Origin: Candidatus Bathyarchaeota archaeon
GTDB taxonomy: Archaea; Thermoproteota; Bathyarchaeia; Bathyarchaeales; Bathycorpusculaceae
Assembly: GCA_963717465.1 (NCBI GenBank)
Contig: OY970340.1
Coordinates: 2,989,890-3,053,889 of the forward strand
Reading direction: 5' to 3'
Length of the DNA stretch: 64,000 nucleotides
The position numbers and the translations under genes are program-made. A model generated the notes under the pieces. The model was not told the DNA's origin, did no database searches, and saw nothing but the letters and a program-made list of their open reading frames with translations. Each line of letters starts with the position of its first letter. Positions within the stretch are counted from its first letter, which is position 1. Positions 1-10,698 of the stretch are shown here, piece after piece.

Positions 1-136
1 CAAGAAGCATACCAAACCTTTTAGTTATTATTCTTGAGCCAATTGCAGGTCCAACGCACGCGGAGAAATTATTTCCAGCGACCAACATCACTGCGATGAA
101 CGTTAACGCAAGTAGAGCTATTGGGAGCCAAAGCAT
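1..136 (-). CDS. Inorganic phosphate transporter (PiT family), N-terminus; runs off the window
   Basis: Hand translation MLWLPIALLALTFIAVMLVAGNNFSACVGPAIGSRIITKR shows the PiT GxNxxxxxxGxxxGS signature; directly downstream of DUF47. Confidence 0.85.
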   Translation of the reverse strand, partial: MLWLPIALLALTFIAVMLVAGNNFSACVGPAIGSRIITKRFGMLL

Positions 137-143
137 TAATCGG

Positions 144-815
144 TCACTTAAGTATGGAAGTAACGGTTGAAACAAGCAAGTCTGAAAGGTCTTCGCATAA
201 GTCAAGCACATCATCGCATTTATGAAGAAGTTCCTGAAAATGATAAAATTCCAAGTAATGAATTTTAACTGTGAGACCGTACAGCTTGTCAAAACCCTGA
301 TCCTTTACATCATCACCCTGCTCTTCCAAGGACTCAATTTCTTTACGCAACTCCACAATCCGATTGATATCGGATGATGATAGAGCTTCTTTGAGCTTAG
401 AAAGCGACTTATCCGCAAGGGCAAGCATATTTTCATATACAGAGTCCCAATCAGCATGCCGCAATTCAAGCCCTGAGGAGTAGGCAGACGCCATTCTATT
501 AAGCTCTCGGGCAATATAGTAGAATGTATCCACGATATCGTCGGCTGTTTGAACGGACTCCAGCAAAGTATCTATTACATTTGGGCTAATCGCGCCGCTT
601 GTTATATCCTCGCTTACCTTGAAGGCTATCACATCTGATTTCCTTTCAAGCGTCTGAACAGCATGCAAAGCTGGCGTTAAATCCTTCCGGTTGTAATTCA
701 TTTTGAACATTTCTGCCACAAGCTTGTTGGTTTGGGCAGCAATGTCAACTATTTGTGAAAGCTCTCCGAAAATATTTTTTTCTCCAATAACTAAGATTCC
801 CTTAAAGTTTTTCAA
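144..815 (-). CDS. DUF47 family (PhoU-like) phosphate transport regulator
   Basis: Two helical repeats with LExxSD/LExxGD motifs; linked to the PiT gene. Confidence 0.85.
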   Translation of the reverse strand: MKNFKGILVIGEKNIFGELSQIVDIAAQTNKLVAEMFKMNYNRKDLTPALHAVQTLERKSDVIAFKVSEDITSGAISPNVIDTLLESVQTADDIVDTFYYIARELNRMASAYSSGLELRHADWDSVYENMLALADKSLSKLKEALSSSDINRIVELRKEIESLEEQGDDVKDQGFDKLYGLTVKIHYLEFYHFQELLHKCDDVLDLCEDLSDLLVSTVTSILK

Positions 816-944
816 TCAGCACAATCCCTATGTAACCATGGGTTACCTGCTCATACAACCAAGTATTTAGAATTTTCTGCAAGTTATTGAGCTACATTTT
901 GTTCTGCCATTTAAGCAAAGAATTTGGAAACTAAGTGCAGTTAA

Positions 945-2450
945 TTAGTTGGGAGTTAAGCTGTTTTTTTCATTTTTTGAATTGTTTCCGTTTTTGAATA
1001 TCTTGTTGTTTATTGCTAAACTTAAGATGATACAAACTATTGCTAAACTTATGCCTATAGCGAAGACAATGTTGAATGCTGCGACAGAAGGTACAAGAAC
1101 CGAAACACTGTAACCTTTTATCGTCTCCGTCGCCAGTACTGTATAAGATGCTAAGACTGTTGTTGTAAGCACTGGCCCTATGGCGCCTCCAATTTGCTTT
1201 AGCATTTGGTTTAATCCTTGTCCAACAGCCACTGATTCTTTTGGAGTAGAGACAGATATCATATTAACGACTGGCACAAACAGAGCAATAACTCCTGCAA
1301 ATGCAACCATAACATCAAGGGTTACAGAAATTCCAGTCCCTCTGTTAACAATAAGCAATAAAAAGCTGAGAATGGAAACAGCTGCACCAGTGATAATTAT
1401 TGGTTTTGGCCCAGTTTTTGCTAATATACGCCCTGCTAGCGGTCCCGAGATAAACATGACGATTGTGCCAGGCACCAGCGTTAAGCCTGTTGCGATAATG
1501 TCAAAGCCCAACCCGTACGGCGTGAATAGCTCCAAGTATTCAATTATCGAAAAGAACAGCAAGAAATTAGATAACCCAGCTATAATTGCTACTACGTTAG
1601 CAATCAACACATTCCTTACTTTTAGCAGATTTATTGGGATTAACGGTTCTTCTGTCTTGCTTTCAAAGTAGAAAAACGAAACTGTAAGTGCAAGCCCCGC
1701 AATTAGAAACACAAGTTCTTCAAGCGAAAGCCACCCTAAAGCTGACCCTTCAGTAGTGTACACCAGTATGAGCGCTATCCCCATCGATAAAAGAAAGGCG
1801 CCGATATAGTCTACCTTACATTTTATCCTTGAAACGTCTCGTTTTAAAACCGCAAAAATGGCGATAAGAAGAACCACGCTTAAGATGGCTGCCGTGTGAA
1901 AAGCATATTGCCAACTAAGATTCTGAATAACATATGCTCCGACCACTAGTCCAAGCGCGGTGCTAATAGCCGCTGAACCTGCGATGGCTCCTTGCGCAGT
2001 GGCTAACCTTTCTTTCGGAAAAATGTCAGTAAGGAAAGCGAGTGACAGAGGTATCACGGCTAATCCGACGCCTTGAATAGCTCTGGCAACAAGCAAGAAG
2101 TAGATGGATGTTGAGAAACCTGCGATGCTGACGCCGATGGTGTAGAAGAGCCAGGTTGCAATAATGATTTTTCTTTTACCATATAGATCTCCAAGTTTGC
2201 CAAATATTGGTGAGACCACAGCGCCAACAAGCAGAACAATAGCGGTAATCCAGGATCCGATTGTACTTGTGGTTGAAAGATCATTTTCTATTATAGGGAT
2301 GCCTGGAAGAACCATAGTTTCTACATAACTAACAAGAAGAACTGCTGCAGTTAAGGCTATTAGCGCTCGAACAGGATAATGATCAACTTTTCGAGCTTCT
2401 AAATGATTGGTTGTTTTTGAGTCGGATGCTAAAGGTTTTGCCGCGCTCAC
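945..2450 (-). CDS. MFS drug:H+ antiporter (DHA2-like)
   Basis: Motif A GKLGDLYGKRK, RAIQG, about 14 TM segments; divergent from TetR. Confidence 0.9.
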   Translation of the reverse strand: MSAAKPLASDSKTTNHLEARKVDHYPVRALIALTAAVLLVSYVETMVLPGIPIIENDLSTTSTIGSWITAIVLLVGAVVSPIFGKLGDLYGKRKIIIATWLFYTIGVSIAGFSTSIYFLLVARAIQGVGLAVIPLSLAFLTDIFPKERLATAQGAIAGSAAISTALGLVVGAYVIQNLSWQYAFHTAAILSVVLLIAIFAVLKRDVSRIKCKVDYIGAFLLSMGIALILVYTTEGSALGWLSLEELVFLIAGLALTVSFFYFESKTEEPLIPINLLKVRNVLIANVVAIIAGLSNFLLFFSIIEYLELFTPYGLGFDIIATGLTLVPGTIVMFISGPLAGRILAKTGPKPIIITGAAVSILSFLLLIVNRGTGISVTLDVMVAFAGVIALFVPVVNMISVSTPKESVAVGQGLNQMLKQIGGAIGPVLTTTVLASYTVLATETIKGYSVSVLVPSVAAFNIVFAIGISLAIVCIILSLAINNKIFKNGNNSKNEKNSLTPN

Positions 2451-2469
2451 TTTTTACGCCTAACTTACT

Positions 2470-2484
2470 AACTAATGGTTAGTT
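2470..2484. promoter_or_regulatory. Putative TetR operator AACTAA-TGG-TTAGTT
   Basis: Perfect 6-3-6 inverted repeat between the divergent MFS and TetR genes. Confidence 0.55.
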
Positions 2485-2564
2485 TACTAACTATAATATA
2501 AGTTATAAATCTTATGGTATAATATATCTTAAATACCAAAGTTCACATATTATTTACGATCAAA

Positions 2565-3200
2565 ATGCCAAGAGTAATTCCTGAATACAAAGAAGCGGCT
2601 AAAGACCGAATTATCAACGCAGCGATCAGAGTTTTCTCTAAAAAAGGATACCAAGACACTAGCATGGACGAAATAGCCAAAGAAGTAGGAGTAACAAAAG
2701 CGACTCTTTACTTATATTTCGAGAGCAAAAAAGACCTACTAAAGATAATTTCTAAGTTAGCAAGTCAAACTCTTAGAGAAAATCTTCACAAATCATTCAA
2801 AAACCATGATTACATGGAGGCATTTGAAGAAATCTTCAAGATGAAGAAGGATATGCTAACAAGGATTCTCCATACAAGTTTTGAAATGATTGCGCTTTCA
2901 TCAAACGATGAAAGTATCCGAAAGATCATAAGCGACGAGCGCAAAAAGGACTTAGAAGAATTAGAGGCACACATAAAAAACCAGATGAATAAAGGAATAA
3001 TTAGAAACGATGTGGATGCTTACGTGCTGGCCAATCTAGTTTTAGCTCTCTACTGGGAAATGACGACTCAATTAGTCGCGGGGTTTGACCAAACAAAAGT
3101 CCATGAAACATGGGACAAGTCACTTGCAGTTATACTAGGAAAACATAAAGTTGATCCTGCCTACGATCACAAGCCAGCAAAAAAAATCGATTTAAAATAA
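2565..3200 (+). CDS. TetR/AcrR family transcriptional regulator
   Basis: N-terminal HTH TSMDEIAKEVGVTKATLYLYFESK. Confidence 0.95.
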   Translation: MPRVIPEYKEAAKDRIINAAIRVFSKKGYQDTSMDEIAKEVGVTKATLYLYFESKKDLLKIISKLASQTLRENLHKSFKNHDYMEAFEEIFKMKKDMLTRILHTSFEMIALSSNDESIRKIISDERKKDLEELEAHIKNQMNKGIIRNDVDAYVLANLVLALYWEMTTQLVAGFDQTKVHETWDKSLAVILGKHKVDPAYDHKPAKKIDLK

Positions 3201-3390
3201 ATGACCTAGCAAGCAGAGACACTTTCTTTATAGTACTTCCCATAATTTCAGAAAAAGGCACTGCGTAAACTGCTGAGGATCCGAACAGAGAAGATAGATT
3301 GCAAAATTTCTGATGACCACCTTGTCTACTTTTGAATTAAGTTTTTAAGTTGCGACACCTTTTTATGCAAATCTGGAAAGTGTTTTTGTT

Positions 3391-3885
3391 ATGTCTTTTC
3401 TTGACTTGATTCTTAGCCGCAGAAGCATAAGGAAATATGAACCAAAAGACGTGCCTGATGATGTTTTGAAGCGGATTCTGGAAGCTGGCAGACAAGCGCC
3501 CTCCGCAGCTAATAGGCAACCCATTCATTTTGTTGTAGTCAGGGACACCGAAAAAAAGAAGAAACTGTCGGCTTTGCTTAGCCGTTTTATTAAAGACGCA
3601 CCAATTGTCATTGTTGGATGCGCAGATGAAAAATCTACTTTAACTGGAAAATGGGCCGTTGTCGATACAGCAATTGCAATGGAGAACATGGTTATAGCTG
3701 CTTGGACTCTGGGTGTAGGTTCATGCTGGGTAGGATCGTTCGATGAAGACAGCGCTAAAAAATTCTTGAACATTCCTGATAAATGGAAAGTTGTAGCCTT
3801 AGTAACCTTTGGCTATCCGGCTGAGCAACCAAAACCGAGAAACAAAAAATCATTTGAAGAACTGTTCAGCTTCGAAAAGTTCTAA
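3391..3885 (+). CDS. Nitroreductase family protein
   Basis: RRSIRKY, APSAANRQP, GVGSCW, FGYP motifs. Confidence 0.93.
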   Translation: MSFLDLILSRRSIRKYEPKDVPDDVLKRILEAGRQAPSAANRQPIHFVVVRDTEKKKKLSALLSRFIKDAPIVIVGCADEKSTLTGKWAVVDTAIAMENMVIAAWTLGVGSCWVGSFDEDSAKKFLNIPDKWKVVALVTFGYPAEQPKPRNKKSFEELFSFEKF

Positions 3886-4057
3886 GCTTTAACTGCAAAA
3901 GTATTTTTTAGATTTATTCTTTTGCAGGATTAATTTGTTAAATAAAAGAAAACAATAAAGAATTCAAGATTAGAAAATTCTTAAATTTCACTTTTTTGTT
4001 AATTAACATAGTGAGAGTTTGCTTCAAATCCATTTTAAAGATAAGTGAGGCTTAAAA

Positions 4058-4774
4058 TTGAGTGAAATTTTAAAAATAATTCAAGAAAGGCAATCTTCAC
4101 GAGTTCCTTTTGACGCCGAAAAAACTATAACAAAAGAAATTCTAAAACAGATTTTGGAAGCTGCAAAATGGGCACCCACAGCCCACAATATGCAAAACTT
4201 CAATGTGATAGTTGTAGACGACAAAAAAGTCCTTGAAAAAATAGGAAACATCAAATCCAAAATATCAGAAGATTTTCTAAGCGAGAATTATGAGCAACTG
4301 TCTTTTTCAAAAGAAGAGTTGATGAAGAAAAAAACCGGGATTTTAGGAACCATGTTTCCTCCCGGATGGACTGACCCAAAAAAATTCTCTGAAATAGCCA
4401 AAAAGACAGAAGCCAGACCATTGAATCAATCTATTGATGGCAGTCCTACACTACTAATACTCACTTATGATTCTATGAAGAGAGCTCCTGCATCAGAAGG
4501 CGATGTTTTAGGATTCATAAGTTTAGGGTGCGTGATGGAGAACATGTGGATCATGGCACAATCACTTGGCGTAAGCTTGCAGATTCTAAGTGTCTTCTCA
4601 TCGTCGCCTGTAGAAACAGAGCTAAAGAAGCTTTTAGGCATCCCAACGAATTTCAAAATCGCTTACGCTTGCCGCTTAGGATACCCAACAGAAGACAGCA
4701 AATACTTCAGAGTACGCCGAGACATCGAAGACTTTGCATATCAGAACAAATTCGGAAAAAAAATCTCACTTTAG
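4058..4774 (+). CDS. Nitroreductase family protein
   Basis: RQSSR, WAPTAHNMQ, LGYP motifs. Confidence 0.88.
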   Translation: MSEILKIIQERQSSRVPFDAEKTITKEILKQILEAAKWAPTAHNMQNFNVIVVDDKKVLEKIGNIKSKISEDFLSENYEQLSFSKEELMKKKTGILGTMFPPGWTDPKKFSEIAKKTEARPLNQSIDGSPTLLILTYDSMKRAPASEGDVLGFISLGCVMENMWIMAQSLGVSLQILSVFSSSPVETELKKLLGIPTNFKIAYACRLGYPTEDSKYFRVRRDIEDFAYQNKFGKKISL

Positions 4775-4935
4775 CTTAAGCTAACATTTGAAAAAGATTT
4801 CAGCTTATAGCGTTAAGCCAAACTTGCATTTTAGAACAAATTTAAGTAACTTGCAGATAAAAATATAAAAAAAATTTCTCAAAGTCCACCAACAACAATA
4901 ATAAGCGGGGAAACATTCTTCAAACAAGATTTACT

Positions 4936-5082
4936 ATGGTGTTTAGAGACCCAGTTTGTGGAACTGTTCTAGATGAGAACACGGCTAAATTTAAAATCTC
5001 ATACGAAGGAGAAACATACTATTTCTGCAGCCTAGTTTGCAAAAAACGATTCAAGAGACACCAGACAAAATTCATAAAATAA
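4936..5082 (+). CDS. Small YHS/TRASH metal-binding protein (48 aa, not in ORF track)
   Basis: MVFRDPVCGTVLDENTAKFKISYEGETYYFCSLVCKKRF: DPVCG...YYFCSxxC signature. Confidence 0.88.
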   Translation: MVFRDPVCGTVLDENTAKFKISYEGETYYFCSLVCKKRFKRHQTKFIK

Positions 5083-5113
5083 ATTTAAAAAATAAAAATG
5101 GGTTTTTTGCTAG

Positions 5114-5683
5114 TTACCTTAGAGCACTCCACACTGCGGCAACTAATAAACCGCCGATTATTGGAGCTACCAAAATAGCCAAAGTTGCTTTATGAATATG
5201 AAAGACATTACCACTTCAGCTACAAAACATGATGCTAAAGTAAAGCCTGCAGGAGACGCTGTACCATAACCGTTTTGGGCAAGACCATAAGCAGCTAAGG
5301 AGTATGAGGTATTACCAATTGCAATCCATAAAGCAAAGCTGAAGGAAAAATTGCACCAATGCATTGAAATATAATGTAGAAAACGGTATCTTTTACGCTT
5401 AGTTTACTGCAGCTAACATTGATATCGAAATAGCAGGGTTTATGTGACATCCAGAAATGCTGCCAATTGCATAAACCATGACAAGAACCACAAGACCGAA
5501 AGCAAAAGAAACACCAAGCCAACCAATACTCAGACCTAATACAGTTCCCCCAATTACTACACTAATTACTGTACTTCCGCAGCCCATGAGGACTAGCACG
5601 AATGTTCCAATAAGTTCTGCGAGATATTTTTTCAAGTCAGTATTAAGCAATGGCTGTTCAACACTTTTTACGATTTCACTCAT
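5114..5683 (-). pseudogene. Aquaporin (MIP/AqpZ-like) pseudogene
   Basis: [22 protein letters not shown] and QLWLFW/APIIGG are spread over several frames; the second-NPA segment is missing. Confidence 0.85.
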
Positions 5684-5989
5684 TTTAATTCCACTTTAAT
5701 TTTTGCCCTTTTTTTCAAGTTAGCGCTTATAATATTTTCCAACAAGTTATACCTAATCTGCTCCAGCCTCCAACGCAATAATGAAAAGACGGCGCTAACT
5801 CTTTTATTGATTCAGATAGTTAGGAAGCGTGAAACATTTTTGGCATTGACAAAAGAATTTCAAACACAAGCAAATTGACTCCACATTTATTGAAAATTTT
5901 GAAAAAAACTCTGCATAATTTTAAATATGAGCAGATGAGCTAAAACTAATTAGCAAGCTAGCGGTCGGCAATATGTATGGTGAGCATCC

Positions 5990-6187
5990 ATGGGCAATGA
6001 AGGGAAAGGTACGATCTTTAGAAGAAAAGATGATAGGTATTTACTGTATTTGCCTGTTAAAGTTGTAGATGACAGCATGTTTCCGTTCAAGTGCAATAGT
6101 TCGATGCCTGTTAAATTAAAGTTTAATCCTAATGAAGGAAAACTTGTCGTCGAAAAATGGGATGAGACGAAGAAAAGCAATTCTTAA
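5990..6187 (+). CDS. Small protein, probable AbrB/MazE-like swapped-hairpin fold
   Basis: 65 aa with beta-hairpin pattern RYLLYLPVKV...KLVVEK; fold is inferred. Confidence 0.5.
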   Translation: MGNEGKGTIFRRKDDRYLLYLPVKVVDDSMFPFKCNSSMPVKLKFNPNEGKLVVEKWDETKKSNS

Positions 6188-6310
6188 AACTTAAATTCTT
6201 TTACTAAATTCTGATTTCTTAAAAAAAGTTTAATTCGGTTTTTGCTATAGTTCGGCAACTTTTTATCTTGCATGTATCTAATAATTTTGAAGCAGTTGAG
6301 CGTGAATTTT

Positions 6311-6751
6311 ATGGTCGATTTTAAAATAAAAAGTTCGGTTTTTGAAAATAACAAGTTAATTCCTAAAAAATACACTTGCGATGGGGACGAAATTAACCCG
6401 CCGTTAAGTATTGAAGGCACGCCTAAAGGTACAAAAACTCTTGTTTTGATAATGGATGATCCTGATGCGCCAGGTGGAACGTTTGACCATTGGATAGTCT
6501 GGAATATCCCCGCTTCAACCGTTACGGTAAATGAGAATTCTGCGCCTGGAACTGAAGGATTGAACAGTGGTGGAAGGCGCGGTTATTATGGTCCTTGTCC
6601 TCCTTCGGGTACTCATAGGTATTTCTTTAAATTGTACGCTTTGGATTGCGAGTTAAAATCTGGTCCTAATTCAAGAAAGAAGGACGTTGAAAAAGCGTTC
6701 TCAGGGCATGTTCTCGCTGAGACTAAATTGGTAGGATTGTATCGCCGATAA
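6311..6751 (+). CDS. YbhB/YbcL (PEBP) family protein
   Basis: DDPDAP, FDHW, YYGPCPPSGTHRYFF; start trimmed to the internal ATG. Confidence 0.93.
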   Translation: MVDFKIKSSVFENNKLIPKKYTCDGDEINPPLSIEGTPKGTKTLVLIMDDPDAPGGTFDHWIVWNIPASTVTVNENSAPGTEGLNSGGRRGYYGPCPPSGTHRYFFKLYALDCELKSGPNSRKKDVEKAFSGHVLAETKLVGLYRR

Positions 6752-6775
6752 AAAATAGTGTGAAATTAAAATAAA

Positions 6776-7357
6776 TTAGTAGTTTTCTGTCCAAACTTCA
6801 AAGTAAGCTTTCGGATGAGAGCAAGTTGGACATTTCTCAGGCGCCGTTGCGCTTTCAATGACTAACCCGCAATTTCTGCATTTCCACTTTATTGGGGCAT
6901 CTTTCTTGAAGACAGTTCCGTTTGTCAGGCTTTCTACCAACTTGTTGTATCGTCTTTCGTGGTATGCTTCTACTTTAGCAATCATTCGAAATGTTCTCGC
7001 GACTTCTGGGAAACCTTCTTTTTCAGCGATATCACCAAAGTTGGGGTAGAGTTTTCCCCATTCAAGTAATTCTCCTGTGGCAGCAGCTTTCAAGTTATCA
7101 AGAGTTGAAGCAATTACTCCTGCCGGGTAAGAAGCGGTTATTTCCGCAACTCCACCTTTTAGGTGATTAAAGAAAAGTTGCGCATGTTCCTTCTCGTTTC
7201 CCGAGGTTTCCTCGAAAATTGCTGATGTCTGCTCGTAACCTTCCTTTTTAGCTACGCTTGCGAAGAAAGTATATCTGGTTCTTGCTTGAGATTCCCCAGC
7301 AAATGCGGCTAACAGATTTTTTTCTGTTTGACTACCTTTTAAATCCATAACAAACAA
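6776..7357 (-). CDS. rbr: Rubrerythrin
   Basis: AFAGESQA, ExxH diiron ligands, C-terminal CRNCG...CPTC rubredoxin-like site. Confidence 0.95.
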   Translation of the reverse strand: MFVMDLKGSQTEKNLLAAFAGESQARTRYTFFASVAKKEGYEQTSAIFEETSGNEKEHAQLFFNHLKGGVAEITASYPAGVIASTLDNLKAAATGELLEWGKLYPNFGDIAEKEGFPEVARTFRMIAKVEAYHERRYNKLVESLTNGTVFKKDAPIKWKCRNCGLVIESATAPEKCPTCSHPKAYFEVWTENY

Positions 7358-7463
7358 GCTCCTATTAATAGTCTAGTAAGGTGAAATTAAAAAGGATTGC
7401 TTGCTTCTTACAGCTGTTCGGAAGTATTTGATGCTCAGACCTTTTGGTTTTAACTCTTGAATT

Positions 7464-7988
7464 TTAGACTATGTAGCTTCCTGTTTTTTCAAAATCTCTT
7501 ACAATTTCCATGATTCTTTTTGGTGCATTGGTTTGTCCGAGAGGAATGTCTTTGAGCAGAATCCAGGGAGACTTGCGTGCGAGGTCTGTTGCTACGTGCT
7601 CTTCTCCGAAGCATTTTGTTGCAATTTCGATAACCATCTGCCTTACCTTAATTTCTGACAATTGACCTAATGCGTGGAGATATTCGTGTATTAGAAGATT
7701 GTAGACAAGTGCATTTACAGTTGATTTAGATTTCATAGAAGCTTCTACAAGATCCACTAAAGCTCTGTTTAATACTATGTTGTTTGTTCCAACGGGATAA
7801 TAAGCACCCAACTGTAAGGGTAAGTCATCTAAGAATAGCATAAGATTTCCGCCGCCTTTCTTGCCCAAAGAAAACGCTACAGTGTCTTTAACAATTTGCC
7901 AAACTTCAGCGTAACTTTTAGCATTATCCAAACTTTTGCGGAACCGTTCGGTCTGCGAATCAAGGGCGCTCAAAACATCAACTTCCAT
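7464..7988 (-). CDS. Hypothetical protein with zincin-like HExxH motif
   Basis: LIHEYLHALG preceded by LGAYYP...IVLN. Confidence 0.6.
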   Translation of the reverse strand: MEVDVLSALDSQTERFRKSLDNAKSYAEVWQIVKDTVAFSLGKKGGGNLMLFLDDLPLQLGAYYPVGTNNIVLNRALVDLVEASMKSKSTVNALVYNLLIHEYLHALGQLSEIKVRQMVIEIATKCFGEEHVATDLARKSPWILLKDIPLGQTNAPKRIMEIVRDFEKTGSYIV

Positions 7989-8071
7989 TAAAGAAAAAAG
8001 CTAAAACATGCCTTTAAGGCTTAGCAAAATATTGATAAATAACAAAACCTTTGGTTTATTTGAGTTCTTAG

Positions 8072-8515
8072 GTGTTTATTTTGGAAAGCAACATTTTAGT
8101 TAGAGATGTTATGACAAGAAACGTTAAAGTTGTAAGAGAAGACACAACTCTACACGAAATCGTAGCAACAATGAGCAAATTTGACATCGATGCTGTGATT
8201 GTCTTAGAAGGCAAAAAACCAACGGGGATAATAACGACAAAAGATGCGTTGATAAGGGGATTTGAACATGGTTTGCCCCTCGGTTCTCTAACAGCGAAAA
8301 ATGTTTTCTCAAGCCCTTTAAAAACGGTTGATGAGCAAGAAACAATTGAAGAGGCTGCTGAGAAGATGAGGCAGGCAAAAATAAAGCACTTACCAGTGAC
8401 CAATAAGGGCAGACTTGTAGGCATGCTGACAGATTGGGACATAGTTTTTGCAGTTCCATCAATGTTATCGGCTATGGAAGAAGTTTGCCGCCCCGCAAAG
8501 AAAATACAAGTTTAA
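8072..8515 (+). CDS. CBS-pair protein
   Basis: VRDVMTRNV, GIITxxD, HLPV...LVGMLT. Confidence 0.9.
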   Translation: MFILESNILVRDVMTRNVKVVREDTTLHEIVATMSKFDIDAVIVLEGKKPTGIITTKDALIRGFEHGLPLGSLTAKNVFSSPLKTVDEQETIEEAAEKMRQAKIKHLPVTNKGRLVGMLTDWDIVFAVPSMLSAMEEVCRPAKKIQV

Positions 8516-8645
8516 TTCGCCCACTTTCAATACATGATTAATTTGTGCTAAATGGTACATTAACTACAATTTTTGTTATAGAGAAGTCACAATATTTAAT
8601 AATAGTCCTCGGAACTAGTTTTAATATTCAAAGAGCGAATACAAA

Positions 8646-8837
8646 ATGATAAACGACTCCAAAGCCAAGTGCCCTGACTGCGATTCGGAACTAAAAGTTC
8701 CATTCGACGTTGAAAAAGGGGAGATATTAAGCTGCCCAAGTTGCGGCCTTGAGCTCGAAGTTAAAAAAATAGATCATGGAGGTGAATACATAGATCTTCA
8801 AGCGTTAACAATTAATGGTGAAGATTGGGGCGAATAA
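8646..8837 (+). CDS. lysW: Amino-group carrier protein LysW
   Basis: Two CPxC zinc knuckles and C-terminal EDWGE. Confidence 0.92.
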   Translation: MINDSKAKCPDCDSELKVPFDVEKGEILSCPSCGLELEVKKIDHGGEYIDLQALTINGEDWGE

Positions 8838-8920
8838 GGTTTTAATGACCACAATTTTTTTGTTTTCAAAATAGACTTTTAGAAGATGTTGTTGGCAAAA
8901 TCAAAGCCAACCAACAACTA

Positions 8921-10558
8921 TTAGACGATTAATGAGTTTAGAAGCTTAGGTTTTCCGAGTTTCTTGTTTACGCATGCTTGAATAAAACCTAAGTATTCAG
9001 GGGAAGGCTTTCCAGGACGACTTTTGAATTCACCGTGGAACTGGGAAGCAAAAAAGAAGTATTTGTCTGGTAACTCTAGAGTTTCCATTCTCCTGCCATC
9101 AGTGCTCTTACCTGAAAAAACTAGTCCGTTCTTTTGGAGAACATCCAAATAATCCAAATTAACCTCGAATCTGTGGCGGTGCCGTTCGTAGATTTCTTCT
9201 TGCTGGTACATGCTGTAGGCTAAGGTGTTTTTTTGAAGGACCACTTTATGGGAGCCTAAACGCATCGTGGCACCCTTATTCGCTACACCTTGCTGCTCAG
9301 GCATTAAATCAATTACCATATGTGAAGAATCTGGGTTAATTTCCGAGCTGTTAGCATCGCTAAATCCGCATACGTTTCGAGTAAATTCGATGACTGCTAA
9401 TTGAAAACCGTAGCAAATGCCCAGAAAAGGAATATCGTTAACTCTGGCAAAATTTACTGCAGCGATTTTTCCTTCTGTGCCCCTTGGGCCAAAACCGTAA
9501 GGAACAAACACGCCGTCAAAATTTGCAAGGTCCTTGATGCATTGTGGATTCTGCTCTAACTTTTCTGCTTCTAGGTAAGATATGCAAACTTTGGTTTTGC
9601 ATGCTGCTCCTGCATGCCTTAATGCTTCAGTCATGCTTACATAGCTGTCAGTTAACCCCGCGTACTTGCCTACTAAAGCGATTTTGACTTCATGCTCAGG
9701 ATGAATACTTGCATCAACGAATGTTTGCCATTGGCTGATGTCAGGTGTTTGACAGTTGATATTTAATCTTTGGCAAATAAAGTCGCCCATGCCTTGTTTA
9801 TCAAGGATAAGCGGGACTTGATAAACGGATTCAGCGTTGTATGAACAGAAAACTGCGCTTTCAGGTATGGTGCCAAATAATGCTATTTTCCGTAAGGCTT
9901 CAGCGTCAATCATTTTTGGGCTTCTAGCAACAATGATGTCGGGCTGAATTCCTATTCCTCGAAGTTCATTAACGCTGTGCTGTAAGGGTTTGGTTTTCAA
10001 TTCGCCAGTTACGTCTAAAACTGGAACTAATGCAACATGAACGTAAAGCGTGTTTTCATAACCCTCGTCGATACGCATTTGACGTATAGCTTCTAGAAAA
10101 GGCAGTCCTTCTATGTCCCCAACTGTTCCTCCAACTTCAGTTAGAACGACATCAACAGTAGATGCCTTACCAATATCCTTTATTCGATTCTTAATTTCGT
10201 TAGTAACATGGGGAACAATCTGTACACAGCGACCAAGAAAGTCTCCTCGGCGTTCTTTTGCAATAATCGAATTATAGATAAGCCCTGTGGTTAAATTGTT
10301 TTCTTGCTTGAGGGGTAAATTTAAGAAGCGCTCATACCATCCTAAATCTAAATCTGTTTCTCCACCATCATCGGTTACGAAAACTTCGCCGTGCATGTAA
10401 GGATTCATGGTTCCAGCATCAACATTAACGTAAGGATCAATTTTCACGACTGTAGGTTTTACTGCTCGGAACTGAAGCATTTTACCTATTGACGAAGTTA
10501 ATATGCCTTTGCCGACTGAACTTAATACCCCTCCAGTCACAAAGATATATTTTACCAA
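8921..10558 (-). CDS. pyrG: CTP synthase
   Basis: KYIFVTGGVLSSVGKG, KTKPLQHSV, GICYG, ERHRHR. Confidence 0.98.
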   Translation of the reverse strand: MVKYIFVTGGVLSSVGKGILTSSIGKMLQFRAVKPTVVKIDPYVNVDAGTMNPYMHGEVFVTDDGGETDLDLGWYERFLNLPLKQENNLTTGLIYNSIIAKERRGDFLGRCVQIVPHVTNEIKNRIKDIGKASTVDVVLTEVGGTVGDIEGLPFLEAIRQMRIDEGYENTLYVHVALVPVLDVTGELKTKPLQHSVNELRGIGIQPDIIVARSPKMIDAEALRKIALFGTIPESAVFCSYNAESVYQVPLILDKQGMGDFICQRLNINCQTPDISQWQTFVDASIHPEHEVKIALVGKYAGLTDSYVSMTEALRHAGAACKTKVCISYLEAEKLEQNPQCIKDLANFDGVFVPYGFGPRGTEGKIAAVNFARVNDIPFLGICYGFQLAVIEFTRNVCGFSDANSSEINPDSSHMVIDLMPEQQGVANKGATMRLGSHKVVLQKNTLAYSMYQQEEIYERHRHRFEVNLDYLDVLQKNGLVFSGKSTDGRRMETLELPDKYFFFASQFHGEFKSRPGKPSPEYLGFIQACVNKKLGKPKLLNSLIV

Positions 10559-10698
10559 CCATTTCTACCCCCATAATAAACTACATCTTGCGATGTGACT
10601 TAATATAACTCTTTTGTGTGCAGCTATGAAAAAATGTGCAATCAATCATCATGAGGCTTAGATGGTTAAACACTTAACGTGAAAGCGATTGCCCAAGC

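Noticed and set aside
3230..3340. Possible C/D box sRNA
   Set aside because: CTGA and TGATGA occur in the wrong order and no D box follows.
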